This document shows positions 47,008 to 57,327 of a stretch of 64,000 bases of DNA, in pieces (the stretch's first letter is position 1; each line of letters opens with the position of its first letter). The stretch is from positions 416,001-480,000 of the forward strand of contig CAWISW010000002.1 of the NCBI GenBank assembly GCA_963838925.1, given 5' to 3'. Made by a program: the position numbers and the translations under genes. The stretch comes from an uncultured Nitrososphaerota archaeon (GTDB lineage Archaea > Thermoproteota > Nitrososphaeria > Nitrososphaerales > Gagatemarchaeaceae). The notes beneath the pieces are model-generated. The model saw only the letters and a list, made by a program, of their open reading frames with translations. It was not told the origin of the DNA and ran no database searches.

Positions 47008-48601
47008 TTCTGAGCCGAGAAGGGACCAGGGCTGGTCTCCCCTCCGGGCGGCATCGACCGAGTTTGCTCCGCTGTCGGAGGTCGGTCAAATGGCGTCCTC
47101 AGAGAGGGCGAAGAAGATCGCCTCGGGCATAAGGTCTCTCACCGTCCAGAACCTGGTCAACAGCGTGGTCGGCTTTGTCTTCCTGACAATGCTGCTGCGA
47201 CTCTTGACGCCTTCCGAGTACGGCCTCTATTCGTCGATCGTGCTGGTCACAGGGATCGGTTCGTCCGTCGCGTTCTTCGGCCTGCAGTCCGCCGCCACCA
47301 GGTTCGTCGCTTACATGGCGCACGACGAGGGGGAGTCTAGAGTCGTGTCGAGGTCGATAGTCGTCCTCTCCTTGATCTTCACCTCGGCGGCCACGGTCGT
47401 CTTTGTGATGCTCTCGCCTGCGCTCTCGATGTACTTCACGAAGAGCGCAAGCTCGGCTTGGATCTTCGCCGCGTCGGGCGCATGGCTCTTCTCGAGCACC
47501 ATCTCGGGGATATTCCAGGGCCTCGTCCAGGGCATGAAGAAGTACGAGTCTCTGGCAAGGGTTCTGATAAGCGCGAACCTCGCGATGGTGTGCCTGACCG
47601 TGCTAGGCCTCTTCGAGTTCCACAGCGTAATCGTCCCCATCGTCGGCTGGGTCTTCTACGGACTCGTGATCAGCGTCTGGTCGCTCGCCATCACCCGAAA
47701 GCGGCTCCTTGTCGCAGCTCCCGCCAGGGCGCGCGGGCGCACCGTGAAACAGGTGCTGAGGTACTCGATACCCCTGGGGATCGCGGGGATAGTGACTGTA
47801 GCGACGGGCGCCGCAGACCCGTTGGTGGTGGGGGGCCTGCTCAACGAAGCTCAGATGGGCGCGTACTACGCTGCGATAGCCATCTCCGGGGGCATAGGCG
47901 TGATGCTCTTCACGCCGCTCAACACCGCGTTCTTCCCGGAGACGTCCTCGAACGCGAACGACCCTGGCAAGCTCACGTCAGGGTTGAGGCTCGCGTTCAG
48001 GTACACAATGCTAGCCCTGATCCCAGTGTCCTTCGCGCTCGTCGGCCTCTCCAAGCAGATGATCAGGCTGTTCTCAGGGGGCGCGGCGAGCTATCTCATC
48101 GCAAACCCATCGCTGCAGCTGATGTCGTTCTTCTTCCTCTTCGTCGCGATGCAGGGGATACTCACGTCCCTGCTCCTCTCGACCGGAAGGACGGTTCAGG
48201 TGATGTGGATAGGAGTGGTGACCGTGGTGCTGGACCTGGCGTTGTCGGTGCTGCTGGTCCCGAGCTTTGGGATCCTGGGGGCCGCGACGAGCAGGATAGT
48301 GGTGGACATCGCGGGCTTCCTGATGGCGGTCTATCTGACCAAGGCCTACCTTGCGGGGGTCGCGGACGTCGGGTTCCACGCCAAGGTGATCGCCTCCTCG
48401 CTCATCATGCTGGGGGTGCTCTTCTCGCTGTCAAAGTTCCTGTCGAACAGGACGCTGACGCTCGGCCCGTACGCGCTCATAGGCGCGGCGGTCTTCCTCC
48501 TCTGCGCGCGCGGCCTGCAGCTCCTGACCGAAGAGGACAAGAGGTACTTGGAGCACTTCATGCCCGCCAGCCTTGGCAGGCTGATGCGCATGCTCCTCTG
48601 A
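46994..48601 (+). CDS. Oligosaccharide flippase (Wzx-like)
   Basis: RLL.PSEYG, G.Y.AA, FFP..S, P.FGILGAA; many TMs. Confidence 0.9.
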   Translation: MATPDSEPRRDQGWSPLRAASTEFAPLSEVGQMASSERAKKIASGIRSLTVQNLVNSVVGFVFLTMLLRLLTPSEYGLYSSIVLVTGIGSSVAFFGLQSAATRFVAYMAHDEGESRVVSRSIVVLSLIFTSAATVVFVMLSPALSMYFTKSASSAWIFAASGAWLFSSTISGIFQGLVQGMKKYESLARVLISANLAMVCLTVLGLFEFHSVIVPIVGWVFYGLVISVWSLAITRKRLLVAAPARARGRTVKQVLRYSIPLGIAGIVTVATGAADPLVVGGLLNEAQMGAYYAAIAISGGIGVMLFTPLNTAFFPETSSNANDPGKLTSGLRLAFRYTMLALIPVSFALVGLSKQMIRLFSGGAASYLIANPSLQLMSFFFLFVAMQGILTSLLLSTGRTVQVMWIGVVTVVLDLALSVLLVPSFGILGAATSRIVVDIAGFLMAVYLTKAYLAGVADVGFHAKVIASSLIMLGVLFSLSKFLSNRTLTLGPYALIGAAVFLLCARGLQLLTEEDKRYLEHFMPASLGRLMRMLL

Positions 48602-48668
48602 CGCCGCCCCCCAAAGCGAAAAGCCGACAGACAGACTTAAAGCGATTATAGGGCGCAAGTTCGCCGAC

Positions 48669-49286
48669 TTGGCCCGAACGCAGGAATACCTCGAGGAGGT
48701 CTCTCAGATCACGGCGAAGCTGGACAGGGGAGCCATCGACAAGGCGATAGGTGTCCTGTACGACGCATGGAAGAACGACAGCCAGGTCTTCGCCATAGGC
48801 AACGGAGGGTCTGCCTCCACCGCGACGCACTTCGCGTGCGACCTCAACAAGTGGGTCTCTGACGAGGCCGACAGGAAGTTCCGGGCTTTCTCCCTGGTGG
48901 ACAACATCCCCCTCGTGAGCGCTCTCACGAACGACAACGGCTGGGGCGACATCTACTACGAGCAGCTCAGGAACTTCTTCAGGAAGGGGGACGTCCTGGT
49001 GGCGATCAGCGTACACGGAGGCTCGGGCAGCGACAAGGCCGGGCCTTGGTCGCAGAACCTTTTGAAGGCGGTGAAGTACGCGAAGGACAACGGCGGGAAG
49101 GTCGTCGGCCTCTCCGGGTTCGACGGCGGCGTGCTGAGGACTGCCTCCGACGCCTGCATCGTCGTCCCCGCGAACTCCACTCCGCACGTCGAGGGCATGC
49201 ACCTCGTCCTGACGCACCTGATGTGCGAGCAGCTTAGAGGAATGATCTCGTCCAAGGCCGCAGGCGCGAAGCCCTCCAGATACTGA
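48669..49286 (+). CDS. gmhA: Sedoheptulose-7-phosphate isomerase (SIS domain)
   Basis: GNGGSAS.A.HF..D, TND, SGFDGG, E..H. Confidence 0.88.
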   Translation: MARTQEYLEEVSQITAKLDRGAIDKAIGVLYDAWKNDSQVFAIGNGGSASTATHFACDLNKWVSDEADRKFRAFSLVDNIPLVSALTNDNGWGDIYYEQLRNFFRKGDVLVAISVHGGSGSDKAGPWSQNLLKAVKYAKDNGGKVVGLSGFDGGVLRTASDACIVVPANSTPHVEGMHLVLTHLMCEQLRGMISSKAAGAKPSRY

Positions 49287-49297
49287 CACTTCGCCCC

Positions 49298-50041
49298 CTA
49301 ACTGCGGGCCCTTCTCGTCTTTGGTGCGGTCGAGTTGTCCAGGCTCCTCAGAAGGTCGGGCACGGCCTTGAGCGAGGGAAGGACGTAGTCGGGCTGGGCG
49401 CGCTCGCTCTCGATCATCTTGCCTAGGAAGGTCGTGACGTGGCCGAGCAGGACGGTCTTGCAGCCCGCGGCCCTCCCGGCCTTCACGTCGACGAGCGCGT
49501 CACCCACGAAGAACGACCTCCCGAGGTCGACTCCGTTCTCTCGGGCCGCTCGAAGCAGGAGGCCGGGCTTTGGCTTCCTGCAGTCGCAGTCCAGCCTGTA
49601 CTTCTTTACCAATGCGTCCGGGTGGTGGAGGCAGTAGTACTCGCCGTCCAGCGAGCCCCCGCCCTTGGCCAGCTTTTCGCGGACCATCCCGTTCATCTTC
49701 TCGAACTCGGAGTACGAGAGCTGCCTCTTGGCGACCCCTGGTTGGTTCGAGACGAGTATCGCCAGGTACCCGAGCTCCTTAATCCTCTTCACCGACTCTC
49801 CCGCGCGGGGGGCTATCCTGAGCTGCCTCGCCGAGAGGGGGCTCCCTATGCTCCCCTCTTCGTGGTTGTACTCCAGGTCGTTCAGGACCCCGTCCCGGTC
49901 GAGGAAGACCGCCCTCTTTCGTCCCTTTACTCCCCCTCCGCGGCTTTGTCGAGTCGTCTTGGAGTCACCCGTCCGGACCGACTTTATGCCTTTCGCAATA
50001 ACAGCAATTCTTATACGACAGGCCGGGTTAACCTCGGCCAT
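49298..50041 (-). CDS. gmhB: Heptose-1,7-bisphosphate phosphatase (HAD); true start probably downstream
   Basis: AVFLDRDGV, SNQPG, C.HHP, CDCRKPKPG, VGD...D. Confidence 0.9.
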   Translation of the reverse strand: MAEVNPACRIRIAVIAKGIKSVRTGDSKTTRQSRGGGVKGRKRAVFLDRDGVLNDLEYNHEEGSIGSPLSARQLRIAPRAGESVKRIKELGYLAILVSNQPGVAKRQLSYSEFEKMNGMVREKLAKGGGSLDGEYYCLHHPDALVKKYRLDCDCRKPKPGLLLRAARENGVDLGRSFFVGDALVDVKAGRAAGCKTVLLGHVTTFLGKMIESERAQPDYVLPSLKAVPDLLRSLDNSTAPKTRRARS

Positions 50042-50053
50042 AGGCGCATTGGC

Positions 50054-50734
50054 GTGGTCCAGTTCTTCCTAGATACCGCCTCTTTGAACGAAATAGAGGT
50101 CATTTCACGGCAGGGCGTGACCGAAGGAGTCACCACGAACCAAAAGATACTCCTCACCGAAGGGAAGGTGGACTTTAAGCGGCGGATCATGGAGATCTGC
50201 AGGCTCGTAAAGGGCCCCGTGAGCGTGGAGACGACAAAGAGCTCAGTGCAGGAGCTCCTCGCGCAGGGGAGGGAGTTCGCATCCTGGCACAAGAACATCG
50301 TGGTCAAAGTCGCGATGCACGGCGACGGGAGGGGCCTCGAGGTGGTGCACCAGCTCGCAAAGGAGCACATCAAGACCAACATGACCGTGATGATGACGTT
50401 CAACCAGCTCGTCCTGGCGTCCAAGGCGGGCGCGACCTATGTCTCGCTGTTCTACAACAGGGCGATCGAAGCCCGCGAGAACCCGTTGCAGATAATCAGG
50501 GATTACGCGGCCCTCGCGAAGGAGGACAGCACGATGGGGAGGCTTATCGTCGGGAGCATACGGAAGCCCGAGGACGTCGCCCTCGCGGTGGCGGCGGGCG
50601 CCCACATCATGACCGTGCCCTTCAAGATCCTAAAGCAGATGCCCTACAACAAGCGGACCGAGGAGACCATCGATGAGTTCGACAAGGCCTGGGAGGAATT
50701 CGAGGCCATGAAGAAGGAAGCCATCGTCCGGTGA
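50054..50734 (+). CDS. tal: Transaldolase (short TalC/Fsa type)
   Basis: FFLDTA, GVTTN, GPVSVE, NIVVKV, GATYVS, GSIR. Confidence 0.9.
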   Translation: MVQFFLDTASLNEIEVISRQGVTEGVTTNQKILLTEGKVDFKRRIMEICRLVKGPVSVETTKSSVQELLAQGREFASWHKNIVVKVAMHGDGRGLEVVHQLAKEHIKTNMTVMMTFNQLVLASKAGATYVSLFYNRAIEARENPLQIIRDYAALAKEDSTMGRLIVGSIRKPEDVALAVAAGAHIMTVPFKILKQMPYNKRTEETIDEFDKAWEEFEAMKKEAIVR

Positions 50735-50865
50735 ATGGGGCAGGTAAGGGCGCCGTTCTCGTCACCAAGCAGGCATCTGTCAACCCGCAAAGTTCTTCGG
50801 ATTGCGCGTAGCTCGGAATAAGGCAGAGCTAGATTGACCGAGTTGCTGCCTCCATCGGATGATTT

Positions 50866-51849
50866 ATGCGAGGAGAGAGGAGGCCGGTTGAGGGAATGAA
50901 GAAGGCCCTGGTCACCGGCGGACTCGGCTTCATCGGCAGCCACCTCGTCGACCGCCTGCTCGACGACGGGTGGAGCGTGGTTGTCCTTGACAACCTCCTG
51001 ACGGGCCGTCGCTCCAACGTGGCTCACCACAAGGGCAACCCCCGCCTGAAGGTGGTGGAGGGGGACATCAGGGACCTCGAAACCGTCTCAAAGTCCTCAC
51101 AGGGTTGCGACGCGGTCTTCCACCTCGCCGCCCACGCGCTGATGCGGGTGAGCCTCCGCGACCACCGCGCAGACCTCGAGCACAACGTCGTCGGGACCCT
51201 CAACGTCCTCGAGAGCATGGTGGCGAACAAGGTCAAGGACTTCATCTTCGCTTCCACCTCGGCCCTCTATGGAGAGGCCGCGGTCACCCCGACCCCCGAG
51301 ACCTACTCGGGCATCCAGACGTCGCTCTACGGGGCTGCAAAGCTCGCGGGCGAGGGGTACGCCTCGGCGTTTGCGGAGTTCAGCCCGATCAAGGTGTGGG
51401 CCTATAGGTTCGGGACGGTCCTCGGAGAGAGGTGCAGGAGGGGGGCAATCTGGGACTTCACCCACAAGCTGCTCGCGGACCCCTCCAAGCTTGAGATACT
51501 GGGCGACGGAAAGCAGAGCAAGGACTACCTGTCCGTGAAGGACTGCGTCGACGGCATCATGCTCGGCTACGCGAAGAGCTCGGGCCGCGTGAACATCTTC
51601 AACCTCGGCCTCCAGGAGCAGACCACGGTCAACGAGGTTGCCGACATCGTGATCGAGGAGATGGGGCTCACGAAGGTGAAGAAGAGCTACACGGGCGGCG
51701 CCCGCGGATGGGTGGGCGACAACCCGGTGGTCTACCTCTCCACGAAGAAGATCAAGGGGCTAGGATGGAAGCCCAAGACGTCCCCCGCCGACGCGCTCAG
51801 GCAGACCGCGCGATGGACGCTGCGAGAGGTCGGTAGGCAAGGGAAGTAG
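50866..51849 (+). CDS. NAD-dependent epimerase/dehydratase
   Basis: TGGLGFIGSH, YGAAK, GDGKQSKDY. Confidence 0.93.
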   Translation: MRGERRPVEGMKKALVTGGLGFIGSHLVDRLLDDGWSVVVLDNLLTGRRSNVAHHKGNPRLKVVEGDIRDLETVSKSSQGCDAVFHLAAHALMRVSLRDHRADLEHNVVGTLNVLESMVANKVKDFIFASTSALYGEAAVTPTPETYSGIQTSLYGAAKLAGEGYASAFAEFSPIKVWAYRFGTVLGERCRRGAIWDFTHKLLADPSKLEILGDGKQSKDYLSVKDCVDGIMLGYAKSSGRVNIFNLGLQEQTTVNEVADIVIEEMGLTKVKKSYTGGARGWVGDNPVVYLSTKKIKGLGWKPKTSPADALRQTARWTLREVGRQGK

Positions 51850-51855
51850 CGGAGC

Positions 51856-52845
51856 ATGTCTCGAGTAGCGGTCACGGGAGGCGCCGGGTTCCTCGGCAGC
51901 CACATCGCAAGGAGGCTGATCGACGACGGCCGCCAGGTCTCAATCGTCGACGACCTCTCGGCTGGCTCGCTTCAGAACCTCGCTGACCTCGGCGTGAGGC
52001 GGAAGTGCGCCATTGGAGACCTGCGCGACTACAGGTTCGCGAAGGACTCTCTCCGGAGGGCCGACACGGTGTTCCACTTCGCGGCAGAGGTCGGAAGCGT
52101 GAGCTACCTGCACGGCTCGAATGCGGCGGAACTCGCCGCGATGCAGTCCAACCTGGTCATCGACGCCAACGTCTTCAGGGCCTGCCTCGAGAACGGCGTC
52201 AAGACGTTGATCTACGCGTCGAGCGTCTCGGTCTATCCGTTCGACGAGCAGCAAGGCTCCAATGCGCAGTTCCGTGAAGAGGATTCGGAACGAAAGGTGA
52301 ACCCCGAGGGAGGATACGGCTGGGCGAAATACATCGCGGAGAAGCAGCTCGCCCTGATGTCCGGCGTCTCCTACGGAGCCGCCCGGATCTTCCACGCTTA
52401 CGGCAAGAACATCTACCTAAAGCCCGACAGGAGCCAGGTGATCGCTTCCCTGATCAGGAAGGCCGTCAGGTACCCCGCAGAGGGCTTCGTGGTCTGGGGG
52501 GACGGGAGCCAGAGGCGGTGCTTCGTGTACATCGACGACGCGCTCGACGCGCTGATGCGCCTGGAGAAGCACGTCAGGGAGCGGGGGAGCCTCACGGTCA
52601 ACATCGGGTCGACGGAAGAGACGACCGTGCGGGACCTGGCCAGGCAGATAATCCGCCTCTCGAAGAAGGACATCCCGCTGAGCTTCGACGACTCCAAGCT
52701 GACCGGCGCCCTCAACAGGATGCCGGACCTGAAGAGGGCGAAGGGATCCCTCGGCTGGAGCCCGACCACCTCGCTCTCGGACGGCCTGGCGAAGACGTTC
52801 GACTGGGCTGCGGCAAGGCTGGGAATACGGGGAAGCACGGCTTGA
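51856..52845 (+). CDS. NAD-dependent epimerase (GDP-sugar epimerase-like)
   Basis: TGGAGFLGSH, YGWAK, VWGDGSQRR.F. Confidence 0.92.
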   Translation: MSRVAVTGGAGFLGSHIARRLIDDGRQVSIVDDLSAGSLQNLADLGVRRKCAIGDLRDYRFAKDSLRRADTVFHFAAEVGSVSYLHGSNAAELAAMQSNLVIDANVFRACLENGVKTLIYASSVSVYPFDEQQGSNAQFREEDSERKVNPEGGYGWAKYIAEKQLALMSGVSYGAARIFHAYGKNIYLKPDRSQVIASLIRKAVRYPAEGFVVWGDGSQRRCFVYIDDALDALMRLEKHVRERGSLTVNIGSTEETTVRDLARQIIRLSKKDIPLSFDDSKLTGALNRMPDLKRAKGSLGWSPTTSLSDGLAKTFDWAAARLGIRGSTA

Positions 52846-52967
52846 AGCCGCCCGGGTGAAGTGCTCGCTCGGCTGGCCCCGACGAGTGACCGTCGCGCCC
52901 TCGCTGATTGTCAGAGATGAGAAATGTGTCCGGCCGTTATATATGAAGAGGCGTTAGGAAACCTCCA

Positions 52968-53225
52968 ATGAGCCTCGGCAAGGCAGGGGTTCTGCCCAAG
53001 TCACTCGTGGTGGTCGACGCCGAGGTCTGCAAGGGGTGCGACCTGTGCGTAGTGGCATGCCCGCAGAGGAACCTGAAGCTCTCCAGCGCGCTCAACCGGA
53101 ACGGATACCATCCCGCGGTGTTCAACTATCACGGGGAGAGGGGCGACTGCACCGCGTGCGGGATCTGCTACTGGGTCTGCCCTGATTATGCGATAAAGCA
53201 GGTCATGAGGCTGAAGGAAGAATGA
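52968..53225 (+). CDS. 2-oxoacid:ferredoxin oxidoreductase delta subunit (2x4Fe-4S)
   Basis: CKGCDLC...CP and CTACGIC...CP. Confidence 0.92.
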   Translation: MSLGKAGVLPKSLVVVDAEVCKGCDLCVVACPQRNLKLSSALNRNGYHPAVFNYHGERGDCTACGICYWVCPDYAIKQVMRLKEE

Positions 53226-54292
53226 GCCAGAGGGAACTCATCAAGGGAAACGAGGCACTGGCGTACGGCGCCCTGAGGGCGGGGCTGAACGCGTACTTCG
53301 GGTACCCGATAACCCCCTCGAGCGAGGTCCCTGAGACCCTCGCGCAGGAGTTCGGGAGCCCAGAGTACCCAGGCTTCAAGGTCTTCCTCCAGTCGGCGAG
53401 CGAGCTCGAGGCGATCAACATGGTCATCGGGGCGGCCTCCACGGGCGCGAAGGTGATGACCGCGACCTCAGGCCCGGGGTTCAGCCTGAAGCAGGAGGGG
53501 ATATCGTACGCGGCGGGGATGGAGCTCCCCATCCTCGTGGTGGACGTGAACAGGGCGGGCCCGGGGCTGGGAAACCTGGGGCCGGAGCAGAGCGACTACT
53601 TCCAGGCCACGAGGGGAGGCGGGCATGGTGGGTCCAGGAGCATCGTCCTGGCGCCCAACTCGGTGCAGGAGATGGGCTCGTTCCCGCAGCTGGGCTTCTC
53701 GCTGGCCTTCAAGTACAGGAACCCGGTCGTGATCCTCGCGGACGCGTTCATAGGACAGCTCAAGGAGGACATCCTCTTCCCGACCGCGACCTCGGAGGAG
53801 TTCGACGTCTCGTGGGCAGCCACTGGGGCTAGGGGCGAGAGCAGGCACCTCATCCTCTCGCTCCACCTTGACTTCAACGACCAGAGCGAGCACTCGGAGC
53901 AGCTCAGGAGGAAGTACGAGAGGATGGACGCCGCCGAGCCGAGGTCAGAGTCCTATCTCACTGACGATGCGAGCATCGTCCTCGTCGCGTACGGGGTGGT
54001 CTCTAGGCTCTGCAAGGAGGTCGTCGACGACTTGCGAGAGAAGGGCGTCAGCGCGGGCCTCTTCAGGCCGATAACGCTCTCCCCGTTCCCGAGCAGACCG
54101 CTCGCGGACCTCGCCTCGAGCGGCAGGAAAAAGTTCCTCGTGGTCGAGCTGAACATGGGCCAGATGCTCTACGACGTGAAGCTCGCTGTAGGCAGCTCCG
54201 CGCCCGTCGGCACTGTCCAGAAGCTCGGGGGCCTAGTGCCCACCGCCAAGGAAATCGCAAGAAGGGTGGAGATGGACCTTGCCGTCGCATAG
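53222..54292 (+). CDS. 2-oxoacid (VOR-like):ferredoxin oxidoreductase alpha subunit
   Basis: GYPITPS, TSGPGFSLKQE, R.GPGLG..PEQSDY. Confidence 0.93.
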   Translation: MSQRELIKGNEALAYGALRAGLNAYFGYPITPSSEVPETLAQEFGSPEYPGFKVFLQSASELEAINMVIGAASTGAKVMTATSGPGFSLKQEGISYAAGMELPILVVDVNRAGPGLGNLGPEQSDYFQATRGGGHGGSRSIVLAPNSVQEMGSFPQLGFSLAFKYRNPVVILADAFIGQLKEDILFPTATSEEFDVSWAATGARGESRHLILSLHLDFNDQSEHSEQLRRKYERMDAAEPRSESYLTDDASIVLVAYGVVSRLCKEVVDDLREKGVSAGLFRPITLSPFPSRPLADLASSGRKKFLVVELNMGQMLYDVKLAVGSSAPVGTVQKLGGLVPTAKEIARRVEMDLAVA

Positions 54293-55094
54293 CCAGGGAG
54301 ATACCGAGGGCGAGTACGTCGTCAAGCTCGGCGAGCTCCCGACCCTCACGGGGAAGCCGACGCACTACTGCGCCGGCTGCGAGCACGGCACCCTCACCAA
54401 GCTGATCGCGAACGCTGTGAACGATCTCGGTATCAGGGAGAGGTCTGTCCTTGTGGACTCGGTGGGTTGCAGCGTCTTCGCGCACGACTACATCAACACG
54501 GACGCGGTCCAGGCGCCGCACGGCAGGGCCCCCGCGGTGATGGCCGGGATAAAGAGGGTGAGGCCTGACCTCGTCGTGTTCTCGGTCCAGGGCGACGGCG
54601 ACGCCGTGTCGATAGGGCTCCTCGAGCTGATCTACGCGGCGAACCGCGGCGAGCCGGTCACGATCTTCCTGGTAAACAACGCAATCTACGGGATGACGGG
54701 AGGTCAGATGGCCCCCACGACCCCGGAGGGGATGGTGACCACGACGTCCCCTCGCGGGAGGGACACGAAGTACACCGGCCCTCCCATGGACGCCTCGCGA
54801 CTGCTCGCGACACTCGAGGGGCCCGCGTACGTGAGGAGGGTGTCGCTCCCTCTCGAGCCGCTGAACTCGACAGACCTCTATAGCGCCCGGGGGACGATGG
54901 AGTGCTCCAGGGCGGTGGAGAACGCGTTCAGGGTGCAGCTCATGGGGGGCTTCTCGTTCGTCGAGGTCGTCAGCACCTGCAGCGTGAACTGGAAGATGTC
55001 CGTGCTCGAGTCGAAGCGGTACGCCGCCGACGTCCTCTCCAAGCTCTTCCCGCCGGGGCTCTACAAGGACAAGTTCGGGGTAGAGAAGAGATGA
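54279..55094 (+). CDS. 2-oxoacid:ferredoxin oxidoreductase beta subunit (TPP-binding)
   Basis: YCAGCEHG, HGRAPA, QGDGD, NNAIYGMTGGQ. Confidence 0.93.
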   Translation: MPSHSQGDTEGEYVVKLGELPTLTGKPTHYCAGCEHGTLTKLIANAVNDLGIRERSVLVDSVGCSVFAHDYINTDAVQAPHGRAPAVMAGIKRVRPDLVVFSVQGDGDAVSIGLLELIYAANRGEPVTIFLVNNAIYGMTGGQMAPTTPEGMVTTTSPRGRDTKYTGPPMDASRLLATLEGPAYVRRVSLPLEPLNSTDLYSARGTMECSRAVENAFRVQLMGGFSFVEVVSTCSVNWKMSVLESKRYAADVLSKLFPPGLYKDKFGVEKR

Positions 55095-55696
55095 GGAGGC
55101 GGCTGATCTTGGCGGGCCACGGAGGGCAGGGCGTCCTCGAGCTCGCCAACTACATCTCCCTCTTCGAGATGCTCAGGGGGCAGCACGTCGCATGCACTCC
55201 CTCCTACGGCCCGGAGAGCAGGGGAGGGAAGGTGAAGTGCTACGTGGTCACATCGGAAGAGGAGATCGACTCACCGATAGTCGAAGAGGCGGACTTCCTC
55301 ATCGCCATGAACATCCCCTCCATGGACTACCTGCCGCTCCTCAGGGAGGGAGGGACGCTCTTCATGAACTCCTCTCTGGTCCTCGCGACCCCGGACAGAA
55401 GCGACATACGAGTGATCAGGATCCCTGCGACCGTGATCTCGGCCGAGCTGAAGAGCCTGAAGCTGGAAGGAGTGCAAGACAGCAAGATAGCGGCAAACTC
55501 CGTGATGTTCGGGGCGTACCTCGCCGTCACGGGGGAGGCGCTGGACCTGGACCTCATGAACCGGGTATTCTCGGAGTTCTTCACGGGCCGCAAGGCTGCC
55601 TACATCCCCCTCAACTTGCAGGCCGTCCAACGCGGGTACGGCTTCGCGGCGAGCCTGTCGAAGGGTAAGGAAGCCGCGTTGTCAAAGGCCTTATGA
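55091..55696 (+). CDS. 2-oxoacid:ferredoxin oxidoreductase gamma subunit
   Basis: AGHGGQG, PSYGPESRGG, N.VM.GA. Confidence 0.92.
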   Translation: MRRRLILAGHGGQGVLELANYISLFEMLRGQHVACTPSYGPESRGGKVKCYVVTSEEEIDSPIVEEADFLIAMNIPSMDYLPLLREGGTLFMNSSLVLATPDRSDIRVIRIPATVISAELKSLKLEGVQDSKIAANSVMFGAYLAVTGEALDLDLMNRVFSEFFTGRKAAYIPLNLQAVQRGYGFAASLSKGKEAALSKAL

Positions 55697-56784
55697 GCGA
55701 ATCGCGTCGAGAGCCGGCCAAGGCGGTCGACACCGATTTGAAGAGAGCGGGCACTACAAAGGCGCAAACCGCGGAGCTGGTGTTCGTGGTCGCGATGCTC
55801 GTGCTCGGAGCGTCGTACGTCCTCACCCTGCAGCCAAAGGCGGCCACGTCTACGACAACCACAGGGGCCTCGACGGAGACCTCCGCCAGTCGGACTCCGC
55901 CGCCCATCACGACGAGCTCCTCCACATCGACGACGGCAGCTCCGAAGGTGTCTCACGTCATCGTCATCCTGATGGAGAACGAGGAGTACGGCAGCGTGAT
56001 AGGGAGCGCCTCCGCCCCGTACCAGAACAGCCTCGCCTCGAGCTACGCCCTCGCGGCCGACTACTACGGGGTCGCGCATCCCTCGCTCCCGAACTACCTC
56101 GCGCTGGTAGCGGGCAGCACCTTCGGGGTGACGAGCGACTGCCTGCCGGCGCAGTGCGGCCTCCCCGGCAACATCACCACGATAGCCACCCTGATCGACT
56201 CCCACTCGCTGTCGTGGAAGGAGTACGCAGAGTCGATGCCTGCGAACTGCTCGCAGGTCAACAGCCCCGACGGGTTGTACTTCCCGAAGCACAACCCCTT
56301 CGTCTACTTCGGCGCTGTAACGGGGAACAACGGGACAGGGAGCGCCTCGAGCTACTGCAACTCCCACGTGGTCTCGATGAACCAGTTCTACACGGACCTC
56401 CAGGCCGGCAACCTTCCCAACTATTCCTTCATCACGCCCAACATATGCGACGACGCGCACAGCTGCCCACTCCAGACGGGTGACCAGTGGCTCGCCACGT
56501 TAGTCCCGAAAATAGTCAACTCGAGCTCTTTCGCTACGACCGCCCTCTTCATCACCTATGACGAGGGGAACGCGAACGACACCACAGGTGGCGGGGGGCA
56601 GGTGCCCTGCATACTCGTCTCGCCTTTCGCGAAGGCGGGGTACGCCTCGCACGTGGAGTACTCGCACTACTCCCTTCTTGCGACGGTCGAAGACCTCCTC
56701 GGGGTGGGCACGCTCGGACGAAACGACTCTACCGCAGCCCCGATGTCTGACCTCTTTACGCCTCAGGTCCACCTGTCCGGGTAG
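55693..56784 (+). CDS. Membrane-anchored phosphoesterase/acid phosphatase
   Basis: TM plus S/T linker; ILMEN, HPSLPNY, KHNPF, TPN.CDD.H, TYDE, HYSLL. Confidence 0.9.
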   Translation: MSESRREPAKAVDTDLKRAGTTKAQTAELVFVVAMLVLGASYVLTLQPKAATSTTTTGASTETSASRTPPPITTSSSTSTTAAPKVSHVIVILMENEEYGSVIGSASAPYQNSLASSYALAADYYGVAHPSLPNYLALVAGSTFGVTSDCLPAQCGLPGNITTIATLIDSHSLSWKEYAESMPANCSQVNSPDGLYFPKHNPFVYFGAVTGNNGTGSASSYCNSHVVSMNQFYTDLQAGNLPNYSFITPNICDDAHSCPLQTGDQWLATLVPKIVNSSSFATTALFITYDEGNANDTTGGGGQVPCILVSPFAKAGYASHVEYSHYSLLATVEDLLGVGTLGRNDSTAAPMSDLFTPQVHLSG

Positions 56785-56852
56785 GGACCCGCGCTCCCAA
56801 GGGGCTGATAAAGGGTACAACACCTTATCCAGCCCGGAGTGCAGCTCGAGTC

Positions 56853-57176
56853 TTGAAGATCGGCCTGTGGACCGCAATCGTCCTTGCGCTGATCCCAGTC
56901 GTCGCGCTTGAGCTGGTCTTCGCGCCAGTAGACGAGGTCCTTGCGTCTCCCCCCAACGTCCCTCTGACCACGTGCTCCACGGTCCAACTCGGGGGTTCGG
57001 CCGCCCCAGTGTGCACCTTCGCCGCCCGCTACTACGTCGGGGCGGGCTCCCTGACGTACTGCTTCCTGGGGGAGGGCGCGCTGTACCTGAGGGGCGTCTA
57101 CTACCCGCTCACCCAACCGCAGGCGAGCCCTGCCCGGGTGATATCGAACGCCTACTGCCCGGCGATGCGCCGGTAG
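56853..57176 (+). CDS. Small secreted or membrane hypothetical protein with 4 Cys
   Basis: Hydrophobic N-terminus; fills the intergenic gap. Confidence 0.5.
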   Translation: MKIGLWTAIVLALIPVVALELVFAPVDEVLASPPNVPLTTCSTVQLGGSAAPVCTFAARYYVGAGSLTYCFLGEGALYLRGVYYPLTQPQASPARVISNAYCPAMRR

Positions 57177-57327
57177 GCCGCAAAGTAAACGGCGCGGACT
57201 CGCCGCCAACCTGGGGACGCGCTTCCCGCCGTCCGCCAGGGTCCCCCGTCCGGTGGAGAATCGTTATATCACCCGCAGAGGCAGTGCGAAAAAGGAAGTT
57301 TTCAGGAAGCAAACGGTGTTAGTCTGA

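Noticed and set aside
52846-52967. Possible C/D box sRNA
   Set aside because: A CTGA is present but no convincing box C consensus
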